The notes: generated from the letters alone by a model not told the origin. DNA of 64,000 nt from a virus (IMGVR_UViG_3300029288_000056:64001-128000), one strand, 5' to 3'; positions 29,102 to 39,142 are shown, counted from the stretch's first letter. Translations and numbers: made by a program.

Positions 29102-32100
29102 TATATAGAAGCCCTCAAATTCTCAAAATGAATTAATGGCACGAATTGGCCTAACACATGAGGCGTAGATAAATCAGACTGCCCAATATTTACAGGCGGT
29201 TCCGCACTAACTGCTGTATAGCGTCCTAAAAATGGTGACCAACCTAAAGAAGCATCTGTAACAGCTGCAACACCAATAGTACCAGACCTTTGATTAGATG
29301 CCGCATATTGCATTCCAATAAAACTAATGCCTTTTGCTTCACCGGAAGATGCCATTGCATAACCTATATAATATTCTGCTCCCTGACTTAATGATGGTGT
29401 AGTTGCTTGAGATGCTGAGTTTGAAAACTGGCTAGAGACAAAAGGTAAATAACGAATACCACCGAATACAGACCTCATATTATTATTATCAGCATTAGAA
29501 CCAAATGTAGTTGAAACCCAATACATCATTTTTAACGATGTTGTATTAACTGCACTATAAAGTGCAAGCCAAGCACTATAAGTAAAAGCATTAGTATTTG
29601 CTACCTTATTTGTAAGGTCACAAGAAAAATTAAGATATGCTGATGAGATAGTTATATACCCCGGAAATCCACCAGCATTATGTGCACATAGAGGTAAAAT
29701 CCCCCATGATTGATGAGTTGAACCCATTAGCCAATCATGTTCTGTCCCAATGTCCTCATCTATTAGTTTCCCAAAATTGAAGTTATAGTAACGACTGATC
29801 GTCTGACCGCCCGATACTATAACAGTAGATGCATTGTTTGAAATACTAATGTTGCCAGCACCAGAAATACTTATCTGTCCAGATGAGCCGTTTAAAGATT
29901 GTACAAAAAGATGATCATGTGTTGACTGACTATAAGACCCGGTTACAGTTGATCCGTTCGTACCCCATCCTAAGCCGTTCGAAGCGCTTAAAACAAATGC
30001 GGTTTGAGCCGGAACTGCAGGGACGGTATAAGATCCCACAATGGAGTTGTTCGTAATGTAGAAAAGTAATCCGTTGGAGTTACCAAATGTATAAGTGGAG
30101 GCCTGTAGCGAAGTATTGCTTCCAGAAATAGCGGGGTTTGTAAGAGTAGGAACCGTATAAGAGGCGGTCACCGTAGACCCGTTAGTTCCAAAACCTACAC
30201 CGTTTGAGTTTGACAACACAAAAGCGGACTGATTGAATGTAGTTAAGTAGGCGGGGAGATCAACCGAGACTCCCGACGTATTTACTGTTATAGACCCGCC
30301 TGTGATTGCTCCATTAACACCAGCAAACGTATTCGCAGAGGTATAGAAGTAATTAGCGCGCTCTCCGGTTCTCATATATTCTAAAATGGAAGCATAAATT
30401 CCTTGGGTCCCCGTGCTAAAACTTACACCGTTAGAATCTGCAAAGTTTGCGGTTTGGAAAGTAAACGATCCATTACTTGCGCTTAACGCTTGATTTGATT
30501 GAGAGGAAATATAAGCCGGTAAGTCCACTGAAACACCAGAGGTATTTACCGTGATTGAACCTCCGGTTATTGCTCCATTAGTTCCAGCAAAGGGGTGTGC
30601 GTGAGTTGACTGTGAGTAGGAGCCTGTAACTGTTGAACCGTTTGTACCCCACCCTAAACCGTTTGATGCGCTGAGGACAAAGGCGGACTGATTAAAGGTT
30701 GTGAGATAAGCGGGTAGGTTAACAGAAACCCCACTTGTATTCACCGTAATAGAACCGCCCGTAATAGCGCCGTTAGTACCAGCAAAGTCGTGGCCGTGAG
30801 TAGACTGGCTAAATGAGGCCGTCACCGTGGACCCGTTGGTTCCGAACGTGAAGTTATTCGAATTACTCAAAACAAAAGCACTTTGACCGGTTAGATAGTT
30901 TCCAACTGACAAAGAAATTCCGTTACTAGCGCTTGTTATTGTTATATTTGTACCAGCAACGTCTGTTCCTGAGCCGTGAACATGGGTTAAGTTTGCAAAC
31001 GTATTTGCGGAAGTATAGAAGTAGTTGGCACGCTCCCCGGTCAGCATATAATCGGGCAAGTCTATAGAGATTCCCGACGTATTTACAGTCATAGATCCGC
31101 CAGTGATCGCCCCGTTAGTACCCGCAAAATCGTGTGCGTGGGTAGACTGACTGAACGAGGCTGTAACGGTGGATCCGTTGGTCCCGAATGTAAAGCTATT
31201 TGAGTTGCTGAGGACAAAGGCAGATTGGTTAAACGTTGTTAGGTAGGCAGGTAACGCAATGGAGAGACCGTCTGATGAAGCGGTTATAGACCCACCCGTC
31301 ATAGAGACGTTGGCACTGCCTATATAAGGGTGAGCGTGGGTAGATTGAGAATACGACCCTGTTATTGTAGAACCGTTCGTTCCCCATCCGAGTCCATTCG
31401 AAGCGCTTAAGACAAATGCTGTTTGCGCGGTAATGTATGCAGGGAGGTCCACAGACACACCAGAAGTGTTTACTGTAATGGAACCTCCTGTGATAGCTCC
31501 GTTAGTTCCTGCAAAACCGTGGCTATGCGTGGATTGACTGTAGGAAGCGGTCACCGTGGAGCCGTTAGTTCCCCATCCCACCCCATTCGAATCACTTAAG
31601 ACAAAGGCCGACTGATTAAACGTAGTTAAGTAGGCGGGTAGGTTGACCGAAACACCTGAGGTGTTTACCGTAATCGAGCCGCCCGTTATCGCCCCGTTTG
31701 TTCCGGCGTAATCTCCCGTTGCCCCACTTGCTCCATTAATTGTAATGACGCTGAGGCTTTGGGATAGGGTTATGTTGGATCCGGCTACAATTGAAAGGCT
31801 TCCGGAAGAGCCGTTAATCTCTTTTACAAACGAGGACGGGGCGATTGCCCCATTATAGTTTATCGTTATTGTACTTTGACTTTGAGACAAGGATATACTG
31901 GACCCACCGACAAAGACGATGTCCCCTGATGAGCTGTTCAAAGAACGAACTGCCGGTTGGACCGATTGGTTGAAGGCGGAGATTGTTATCGTAGAAAGGT
32001 TTTGAGATAATGTGATGTTGTTTCCAGCTGCGAAGACTATTGCGCCAGTACTGCTGTTTAGAGACTGCACACCCGGTGCGACAGAGCCGGTCATTGTACT

Positions 32101-32382
32101 TCCGCTTAATCCGAATGACAGGTTATTGGAGTTCGAAAAGACTACCGTTCCACTAAGGATCGTGGACGCACTATCTGCTATTCTCACCCCTGCACCCGTA
32201 CCGACTATGGCATCTACGTAAGACTTGTTAGCAGCATCCATGTCACTAACGCATAGATCAACGTTGACGATCCGATGACTGTTAGCATTAATATAGGAGC
32301 TTGACGAAGCGTCCGTGTTATATCTAACGACGGCGTCTCCGTCAAACAGATTGTGTAACGCTGATTGCTGCTTATCTAACAT
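29101..32382 (-). CDS. Ser/Thr/Gly/Asn-rich repeat fibre- or adhesin-like protein (untagged)
   Basis: DAANKSYVD motif; ~65-aa repeats with GTNGST (7x) and THxH (7x); distinct AT-rich C-terminal domain. Confidence 0.7.
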   Translation of the reverse strand: MLDKQQSALHNLFDGDAVVRYNTDASSSSYINANSHRIVNVDLCVSDMDAANKSYVDAIVGTGAGVRIADSASTILSGTVVFSNSNNLSFGLSGSTMTGSVAPGVQSLNSSTGAIVFAAGNNITLSQNLSTITISAFNQSVQPAVRSLNSSSGDIVFVGGSSISLSQSQSTITINYNGAIAPSSFVKEINGSSGSLSIVAGSNITLSQSLSVITINGASGATGDYAGTNGAITGGSITVNTSGVSVNLPAYLTTFNQSAFVLSDSNGVGWGTNGSTVTASYSQSTHSHGFAGTNGAITGGSITVNTSGVSVDLPAYITAQTAFVLSASNGLGWGTNGSTITGSYSQSTHAHPYIGSANVSMTGGSITASSDGLSIALPAYLTTFNQSAFVLSNSNSFTFGTNGSTVTASFSQSTHAHDFAGTNGAITGGSMTVNTSGISIDLPDYMLTGERANYFYTSANTFANLTHVHGSGTDVAGTNITITSASNGISLSVGNYLTGQSAFVLSNSNNFTFGTNGSTVTASFSQSTHGHDFAGTNGAITGGSITVNTSGVSVNLPAYLTTFNQSAFVLSASNGLGWGTNGSTVTGSYSQSTHAHPFAGTNGAITGGSITVNTSGVSVDLPAYISSQSNQALSASNGSFTFQTANFADSNGVSFSTGTQGIYASILEYMRTGERANYFYTSANTFAGVNGAITGGSITVNTSGVSVDLPAYLTTFNQSAFVLSNSNGVGFGTNGSTVTASYTVPTLTNPAISGSNTSLQASTYTFGNSNGLLFYITNNSIVGSYTVPAVPAQTAFVLSASNGLGWGTNGSTVTGSYSQSTHDHLFVQSLNGSSGQISISGAGNISISNNASTVIVSGGQTISRYYNFNFGKLIDEDIGTEHDWLMGSTHQSWGILPLCAHNAGGFPGYITISSAYLNFSCDLTNKVANTNAFTYSAWLALYSAVNTTSLKMMYWVSTTFGSNADNNNMRSVFGGIRYLPFVSSQFSNSASQATTPSLSQGAEYYIGYAMASSGEAKGISFIGMQYAASNQRSGTIGVAAVTDASLGWSPFLGRYTAVSAEPPVNIGQSDLSTPHVLGQFVPLIHFENLRASI

Positions 32383-33259
32383 TAATCTCCGTTATCTGAT
32401 AGATCTTGGAAGGATTGTAAATAAAGACCACACCGCCACCATCGTAGGCGTCGATACCTTCATCTATTATTCGTTTTGTATATTCTTGAGGCGACTCACC
32501 GAAATGAGAGTCTCTTTGGTCGTATTCGCCGGCTACGTTACCTCTGAACTTCAGTTGAAGCACGGCGTATTTCTCGGTGTTAAATGGTTTTCCCGGGTTA
32601 GTGAAATAATTGGTTGCGTTTTTAAGTGTGTGCATACAACTCACCGCGTAGTCGTTTACCCAACGCGGAGCTATCTTTGACAGCTGAAATCCGTTGGCCA
32701 GTATCGACTCAACGTTTTCCCTTTTTGTAGTGTGATAAAGGGTCAGCGTTTTTGTTTCAATTTCCGCCGTTAGAAAGTTAAATTTGCTCGCCGCCATATC
32801 ATCTAGACGAACGTTACCTTCTGGTCTATAAGGTTTGAGCAGGTCTTCAAGGTTAGCAGTTTCAGAAAGTGCCAACCAAGCCTCTGTAACGACATTCCAA
32901 ACAACGCTTTGTATAGTATTAAAAGTGAGACCAGTCGCATCTTCCTTTTCTTTTATGTTATTTACTGTAACATCTACTAACTTGCCGGTATCGTTCCAAC
33001 TAAAAACTAACTGGGATGATTTTGTATTAAACCATTTTCTAATAAAGTCGGTCATAAAATTTTCCCCAGCCGTATTTAAAGCATATCCATTATAGTTACG
33101 CATTACACCGAAGAATAACGGGTCACCAATAAATGAAATAGCATGCATAACTTCAATACCTAAGACTAAATGGATAATTACATTTGTTGGTATATCATTC
33201 CAAGCACTCGCCCGATCACCAAAACTAGCGTTGGTTAAAAACTCTGTAAGTTTGTTCAT
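32372..33259 (-). CDS. Tag + unknown domain + second tag + H-class ART-like domain
   Basis: MNKLTEFLTNA; AASKFNFLTA; LYHTT...SILANGF. Confidence 0.7.
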   Translation of the reverse strand: MNKLTEFLTNASFGDRASAWNDIPTNVIIHLVLGIEVMHAISFIGDPLFFGVMRNYNGYALNTAGENFMTDFIRKWFNTKSSQLVFSWNDTGKLVDVTVNNIKEKEDATGLTFNTIQSVVWNVVTEAWLALSETANLEDLLKPYRPEGNVRLDDMAASKFNFLTAEIETKTLTLYHTTKRENVESILANGFQLSKIAPRWVNDYAVSCMHTLKNATNYFTNPGKPFNTEKYAVLQLKFRGNVAGEYDQRDSHFGESPQEYTKRIIDEGIDAYDGGGVVFIYNPSKIYQITEINVR

Positions 33260-34038
33260 ATCTCCAATTGAGTCCCTTCCTTAACTTCTGTATTAGGAAT
33301 AAATTCAGCTGTGCCTTCGCCCTTATAAGGCTCTGTATGTTGAAAATCTTCCTCTGGTATAAGGTGGTTAATCGCATCCGGAGTTGACTCCCATTCGTCA
33401 GGGTTAAACTTCGCATTAGGATCAATGTTATCAGATTGTATGATCTCTCGAACTAGTTCCTCATCTCCGTCGGCCAAGTCCAATAGGCCTTCGTAGTTAG
33501 AGGCGGCGTCCAATGGGTGTTTAGACGCACTGATGCGTTCGTCTATATCTGATTGAATCTTTGGAACCATTTCATCCCACGCTTTTATACCGACGCCCGT
33601 TAGCTCGTTCTCGATCTGCTTGATGTCTCTAAGATATTCGTGGTACTGATCGTTCAGGCCGGCCTCTTCAATGAGCTTAACAAAGATAGGATCATCGGTG
33701 AATGAGACTCTAACCTTTTGAATATTAGACATTGCCGGGCTTAGGTGGAAGCCGAGGAGGGGAAAGCCGGCTTCGGCCAAGTAGGCTGTAATCGCTTTCA
33801 TAACTGCGTCTTCAAGTTTGTCGGTGTAGTGCAAGAATTCTCCCACACCCTCAGGATCCCAGTCTTCTTGGTCGTCAAAAAGAGGCTCTATATTGTAGGC
33901 CCGCGTAAAGTCGTCGGGTGTATCAATCCAAACCGAATTGATCCGCGCAGCATAGTTTCCGGACTCTAGAAACATCTCTAAGAAACTGAGTGCATCGTTG
34001 TTTATTGATGCGGTTAAAAATTCTGTAAGTTTACTCAT
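33256..34038 (-). CDS. Tagged acidic hypothetical protein
   Basis: MSKLTEFLTA. Confidence 0.7.
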   Translation of the reverse strand: MSKLTEFLTASINNDALSFLEMFLESGNYAARINSVWIDTPDDFTRAYNIEPLFDDQEDWDPEGVGEFLHYTDKLEDAVMKAITAYLAEAGFPLLGFHLSPAMSNIQKVRVSFTDDPIFVKLIEEAGLNDQYHEYLRDIKQIENELTGVGIKAWDEMVPKIQSDIDERISASKHPLDAASNYEGLLDLADGDEELVREIIQSDNIDPNAKFNPDEWESTPDAINHLIPEEDFQHTEPYKGEGTAEFIPNTEVKEGTQLEI

Positions 34039-34047
34039 GTTATCCTT

Positions 34048-34674
34048 TTAGGTATTAAAGATATATTCCGCTACCTGTTGAAATACTATATGGTAAGACT
34101 CGTTTAATAAAGCGAGCTCAAAATTACATTGTTTACTTATTCGCTCTATAAACTTTCGATTAGCTTCATAGGCCGAGCTAGTATCGATCTCGTCTGTTTT
34201 TGTTGTATAGCAATACCTCAATGAATCTTCCGGCCAGCTATGCCTATCACCAATTGGGTGAGCCTCTATGTTTGATGCAGGATTTAGACTGTCGTCATAG
34301 AAGCGATCCCATACTTCCCCCGCTTGAAAAGAGGTGTCCCCGTCAACGTCCGACGCTAAGCCGTATCCTTCTGACCCAGCCTCTTGCATTGCAATAATAT
34401 ACATAGGTGGCCCATATCCGTTTCCTCGTGTAAGAGCTAACTCAACTGTCTTAAACTCATCATAACTTTGTTCAACCACCAACATGGCGATTGACCTATA
34501 GTTAATAAAATCCGCCAAACTATCCACATCGTCGAATCTTTCGTCGGTAACTAATAAGTGTGGATCATAAAGGACATAACCTATATCATAATCATTAGGG
34601 CTAAAAGCTGCTAGTGCCAAGCCTTGTATGCTTTTATACGAAGCATCTAACAAAAACGACGTTAGTTTGTTCAT
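34048..34674 (-). CDS. Tagged GNAT-like protein
   Basis: MNKLTSFLLDA; GYGPPMYIIAMQ...GLASD...VWDRFY. Confidence 0.75.
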   Translation of the reverse strand: MNKLTSFLLDASYKSIQGLALAAFSPNDYDIGYVLYDPHLLVTDERFDDVDSLADFINYRSIAMLVVEQSYDEFKTVELALTRGNGYGPPMYIIAMQEAGSEGYGLASDVDGDTSFQAGEVWDRFYDDSLNPASNIEAHPIGDRHSWPEDSLRYCYTTKTDEIDTSSAYEANRKFIERISKQCNFELALLNESYHIVFQQVAEYIFNT

Positions 34675-35205
34675 TTATCTCCTATTATAAGTAACTTCGT
34701 ACTTGCCCGGATAGACAATACACTCTTTTTCTAATTCAATTGCATTAAGAATTTTATCTAATTCCGAATCCTCGTATAGTTGCTCTAAAAATTCTTGGTC
34801 GACATCTTCATCAATACTATCCATTAGATATTGAGAGAAGGCATACACATCGAGAGCGTCGGCTTTAGGATATTTTTGAGCGTCTAGCTCTAGCACGTTG
34901 TTCCCAAAGCCCAAACCTTCTATACCGTCTCCATCCTGAGTCCATGAGGTAAACTTAGCAGAACAATCATACAATGTCTTTTGACCGTTTTGCGTGGGGA
35001 TTGGAAAACAATAAGTCGTCAGTTCACCGTCGTCCACTGCTCTGTAGATGTTTGATTCTAAATCATAATGATATTTGCCGGCCCACTTCAACAGAAGATC
35101 GGTTGGCTTATCCTCACCACCTCTAACCCATGAACATAGGTCAACGAGAGCCTCTATAAATACGGAGGCTTTCTCCGCTAGTAAAAACGATGTTAGTTTG
35201 CTCAT
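34675..35205 (-). CDS. Tagged R-S-E class ART-like protein
   Basis: MSKLTSFLLA; IYRAV...FTSWT...EKECIVYPG. Confidence 0.7.
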   Translation of the reverse strand: MSKLTSFLLAEKASVFIEALVDLCSWVRGGEDKPTDLLLKWAGKYHYDLESNIYRAVDDGELTTYCFPIPTQNGQKTLYDCSAKFTSWTQDGDGIEGLGFGNNVLELDAQKYPKADALDVYAFSQYLMDSIDEDVDQEFLEQLYEDSELDKILNAIELEKECIVYPGKYEVTYNRR

Positions 35206-36137
35206 CCTTGATGATCCCTTAAGTAATCTTCTAATAATCTAGAAAGCTTAGGGTCTACGTACTTCTCGTAGTCCACGTGGTTCGGTGTAGTCATCATGTA
35301 GCCCCAATTCCCGCTGCCAACGTTGTATACGAAGTGTACATCTCTAACCTCTACACGCTTAACATAGGTGCCGCTGTCTGCGTACAACCTGTCCCAAACT
35401 GCTGTAGCGGCATCTCGTGTCGCCCCCCTATCGTCACTCGCAACCGGTAGTCCGTATTTGTTTGTAATATATTGGATTATCGCCAAATAAAGCCACGCTC
35501 CATAACCGTGCGGAGCAAAGGCGCTATTAACAAAGTAATAGCCGTCGGCCTTACAGCATTGAATATGGCCGATCTCGTTGTTTACGTTAAAGTCAGTAAT
35601 CTTCATGCTTTTAGGAAACAACGTCATTGTAACGTAGTACTCCGACTCTCCAAGTGCCATCACCATGCCGTCCGGCGGTGTGAGCGCGGCGCTCAGCGGC
35701 CCTAGTAAGAACTCGGTCAGTTTGGAGGCGGCAAATGCAAAGCCTCGCTCCGGTTGTTTGGGGACCAAAGAGAAGTCTTGCGCCATCCCGTCGTTTACAC
35801 TAATGACATCAAAATCGTCGCCTCGCGCCTCTACTAAGCCTTTCATGTCGTACAAGTACCACTTTGCGTTTTCACCCCAAATGATTGTTAGTTGATGGTG
35901 AAGGCGGCCCATTTGAATGGCTTCTTCCAAAAGCATGTCAGGTACGAAGTAGGAGCGTTCTTTCCATACCTTACCCGTATTGTCAGTCCACTGGCCCACC
36001 ATATCGATAAAACCCCAGCCGTTAACCTCAAGATCCTTTTCAAGATCTTTCCAGTTATCAGAAGCGATACAGCAGAACTTTTCACCTGAATTGAAGTGCT
36101 GTAGAATACGGCCTACGGATCCAGCGTTAAGCCTCAT
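35202..36137 (-). CDS. DUF3293-like domain + tag + GNAT-like domain
   Basis: MRLNA; G.W...ERSYFV...Q.TII; AASKLTEFLLGPLSA; GYGAWLY...ASD. Confidence 0.65.
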   Translation of the reverse strand: MRLNAGSVGRILQHFNSGEKFCCIASDNWKDLEKDLEVNGWGFIDMVGQWTDNTGKVWKERSYFVPDMLLEEAIQMGRLHHQLTIIWGENAKWYLYDMKGLVEARGDDFDVISVNDGMAQDFSLVPKQPERGFAFAASKLTEFLLGPLSAALTPPDGMVMALGESEYYVTMTLFPKSMKITDFNVNNEIGHIQCCKADGYYFVNSAFAPHGYGAWLYLAIIQYITNKYGLPVASDDRGATRDAATAVWDRLYADSGTYVKRVEVRDVHFVYNVGSGNWGYMMTTPNHVDYEKYVDPKLSRLLEDYLRDHQG

Positions 36138-37720
36138 ACTTCCTCCAATTTAATATCAAGTAAGCTAAATAATTCATCCCAACTATCGGTCGCGTTGGCC
36201 CGCGTGCCACCTAGTTCATGGAAGCGGTTTATCACAAGGTTCTTAAGGGCGGCGTTTTGATCATTCACGTTAACCGTTGCTACATAGCGGTTAGCAAATT
36301 CTCTAACGCTCAACTCCATAGTTTGCAAAAATCCTTTCAGCTGCTCACGGCCTTTCCGATAGCCGCCTAGCGGCTTTAGATCGAGGCCGAGGTTCTCGCA
36401 TATCTCAAACGCGACCGCGTCCGTTAAGAATTCCTCAATCTTGTTGTTCTCCGTTGCGTTCGGGTTTGAGCTCAGAACTCCGTGAACCATTTCGTGAAGG
36501 ATCTCTTGGGGTAGGCTGTTCTCCTTTACACCGATCTCTTGAGTCTCCTCGATGTAGTAACCTTTTACGCGGTTAGTAAGTGTTTCCTCACCGTTCTTTT
36601 TATTGATTGCGTCGCTCTTATCTAACCATTCTTGATAGTTCATCATATCTATACTGGATATCTTCGGCTTGATTCCGCCAAAGTAGTCGGCGATTGCGTT
36701 GATTAGATCCTGAATAGCGGGACAGTTCAAAGGAACAGGCCGCGCATTAAGCAGAAACTCTGTCAACTTGCTGGCCGATTTCCTTTCGGCTTTCCACTGA
36801 TTGTAGGTGTTCTTCGCATTCTCGATCTGATACTTAGTAAAGAACGGAGCCTTCATTGAGTAGGCGTACTTGAGCTGTATATCCACACCATAATCGGGAG
36901 CTGGTACCCAATCATTCCTTGATGAAATAGGAGTGTGTTCAATCCGCGGGTCGTTATAGAAGCGTTGCCAAAGATCTTGCGCGGCGCTTGATGTGTTTCC
37001 TTCACCTTCATCCGACGCTAAGTCTCCTAAGACCTGCATCGCGATAAGGTATGTAAGTGCGCCGTAGCCTCCTTCTGGTCCCCAACCGCCTTCAACAGAA
37101 TAGTAGCCTTCACGCGGGTAAGCCTCAACAACACCTACTCTAGTGTGTAAGTCTGTGTAGAGTTCAAAGATCGTATATCCGTCGGAGCCTTCGTAGATAC
37201 TTAGGCCGACCTCTTCAATCGAGGGCAGGGATGCGTTTAAGGTCGATCTACTCGCGGACACCCCATATTTCCATTCTTCATACTGGCTTTCCGCCATTTC
37301 AATTTCCTGTTCATCAAAAAACGGTGTTCTCATACTATAATAACATCTAAGCCATCGCGGTTGACTTGGATGCCAATCTTTCCTTTTCATTATAGGGGTA
37401 TGCTTAATTCGTGGATCGTCATAAAACTTCTTCCATAACGCTTCTGCACTGGGAGAAGTATTACCTTCCTGTCTATCAGATGCGATCCCTCCACGTAGTT
37501 GCATGGCGAGTAAGTAACAGAGTGCACCGTAACCGTGTTTTCCTTCACTAGTTTCAACAGTACCGTAATCGCCTTCCCCATATACTTCTACTATAGCTAT
37601 TTCTCTCATACTCTTCACGCCAAGCGCCGAATCATAAAGAGAGAAACGATAGTATTCTTGATCTGAATACCAGTCTAATCCTAAACCGTCTAATGATGCG
37701 AGGCTGGCGTTTAGTCTCAT
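36134..37720 (-). CDS. GNAT + GNAT + tag + zincin polyprotein
   Basis: MRLNA; two GYGAL.YL.AMQ units separated by STLNA; SASKLTEFLLNA; HEMVH...EEFLTDAVA. Confidence 0.8.
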   Translation of the reverse strand: MRLNASLASLDGLGLDWYSDQEYYRFSLYDSALGVKSMREIAIVEVYGEGDYGTVETSEGKHGYGALCYLLAMQLRGGIASDRQEGNTSPSAEALWKKFYDDPRIKHTPIMKRKDWHPSQPRWLRCYYSMRTPFFDEQEIEMAESQYEEWKYGVSASRSTLNASLPSIEEVGLSIYEGSDGYTIFELYTDLHTRVGVVEAYPREGYYSVEGGWGPEGGYGALTYLIAMQVLGDLASDEGEGNTSSAAQDLWQRFYNDPRIEHTPISSRNDWVPAPDYGVDIQLKYAYSMKAPFFTKYQIENAKNTYNQWKAERKSASKLTEFLLNARPVPLNCPAIQDLINAIADYFGGIKPKISSIDMMNYQEWLDKSDAINKKNGEETLTNRVKGYYIEETQEIGVKENSLPQEILHEMVHGVLSSNPNATENNKIEEFLTDAVAFEICENLGLDLKPLGGYRKGREQLKGFLQTMELSVREFANRYVATVNVNDQNAALKNLVINRFHELGGTRANATDSWDELFSLLDIKLEEV

Positions 37721-38211
37721 CTTAACACTCTCTTTTTCATTCTGTCAATTGCATCATCTATATCTGATTGGGGAATAATAGGTTGTTTTAAACTATAAGC
37801 ATATTGTGTGGCTTCTATATAAGAATCATCATCGTTATAGTTGGCAGATTCCTCTAGCCAAGTTGGTATATCTCTGTCAGGTATCATGGTGTGTTCAATG
37901 CGAGGATCGTTATAGAACTTATTCCAAAGATCTTGTGCGGCTAAACTAGTTGTAGCATCGTTGTCTGACGCGATGGCCCCACAAATTTGCATTGCGATTA
38001 AATACAAGAGGGCGCCATAACCGTGTATACCTTCACTATTTTCAACAGTCCAATAGCCATCATGGTGTTTCAATCTCATGTCAGCAAAAGAATGAAGAGC
38101 TTCGTTGCGAAGGCTCATGTTTTTATGATCGTTACGATCATAAACATACAACAACAGTCCGTCCAACGAGGCCAATCCTGCATTAAGCAGAAATGAAGTT
38201 AGTCTATTCAA
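37717..38211 (-). CDS. Tagged GNAT-like protein
   Basis: MNRLTSFLLNA; GYGALLYLIAMQ. Confidence 0.75.
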   Translation of the reverse strand: MNRLTSFLLNAGLASLDGLLLYVYDRNDHKNMSLRNEALHSFADMRLKHHDGYWTVENSEGIHGYGALLYLIAMQICGAIASDNDATTSLAAQDLWNKFYNDPRIEHTMIPDRDIPTWLEESANYNDDDSYIEATQYAYSLKQPIIPQSDIDDAIDRMKKRVLR

Positions 38212-39142
38212 AGCCCCACTCCTTTGCCCTTTGAACCGCGTCGGCGATTTGTTGTTCGGTGAAGACCGGAGACTTCAGTGTGTAATAGTATTTGTAAACA
38301 TCCGACGTACCATTCCGATCTATGGGCTTCTTGTGAATTCGCGGATCATTAATCATGTGCCTCCAAAGTTCAACAGCGTCACGTGATAAGACCCCACCGG
38401 GCGATAACCCACCAAGCATTTGCATCGCGATTAGGTAACAGAGCGCTCCGTAACCATGTTCACCCTCTGCCCTCTCAACTTCCCAATAGCCAAATTCGTC
38501 TGAAGCAATTATATAGGCGGTATCATGCAAACGGTCAACGTTCTTATTTTTGTAAATCTTAAACATCCCTCTATCCATCACCAAGGCAACCTCGTCGATA
38601 GACGCAATACCGGCACTTAAAAGGAAGTTAGTAAGCTTGCTCGCGGCTTTTGTCCAGCCGTTCTTCCAATTAATAAATGTACTCGTAGCTTCGTTGATTT
38701 GATCTATGGTGAAAAATGGTACTTTCATTTCGTATCTATATCTTAAATGTTCAACTTTCCAGCGCTTCCTCTCTGGTATAAGTATCTTATCGATACGCGG
38801 ATCGTCGTAGAAGCGCTTCCAAAGAGTAGATGCGTTATCGGAAGAGTCTCTATCTTTGTCTGACGCTATACTTCCAACGCACTGCATCGCGATCAGATAA
38901 CAGAGTGCCCCGTAACCGTGATCTCCATATCCACCTTCGACGGTCCAATATTCTTCACCCTCATTGTCTTCACCCTCGTTGTGTGCGCTCACACTCGCTC
39001 TATTCATTGATCTCATAGCCTCTTCTTTTGATGTAAACAACATAAATATCCTAGAGTATATACTGCCCGGATCAGCATATAGCCCCACGTCTTCGATTGA
39101 GGCTATACCAGCATTGAGTAGGAATGTCGTTAAATTATTCAC
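38204..39142 (-). CDS. Tag + GNAT + tag + GNAT
   Basis: GTG start (M)NNLTTFLLNA after GGAG; AASKLTNFLLSA; GYGALCYLIAMQ twice. Confidence 0.8.
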   Translation of the reverse strand: MNNLTTFLLNAGIASIEDVGLYADPGSIYSRIFMLFTSKEEAMRSMNRASVSAHNEGEDNEGEEYWTVEGGYGDHGYGALCYLIAMQCVGSIASDKDRDSSDNASTLWKRFYDDPRIDKILIPERKRWKVEHLRYRYEMKVPFFTIDQINEATSTFINWKNGWTKAASKLTNFLLSAGIASIDEVALVMDRGMFKIYKNKNVDRLHDTAYIIASDEFGYWEVERAEGEHGYGALCYLIAMQMLGGLSPGGVLSRDAVELWRHMINDPRIHKKPIDRNGTSDVYKYYYTLKSPVFTEQQIADAVQRAKEWGFE

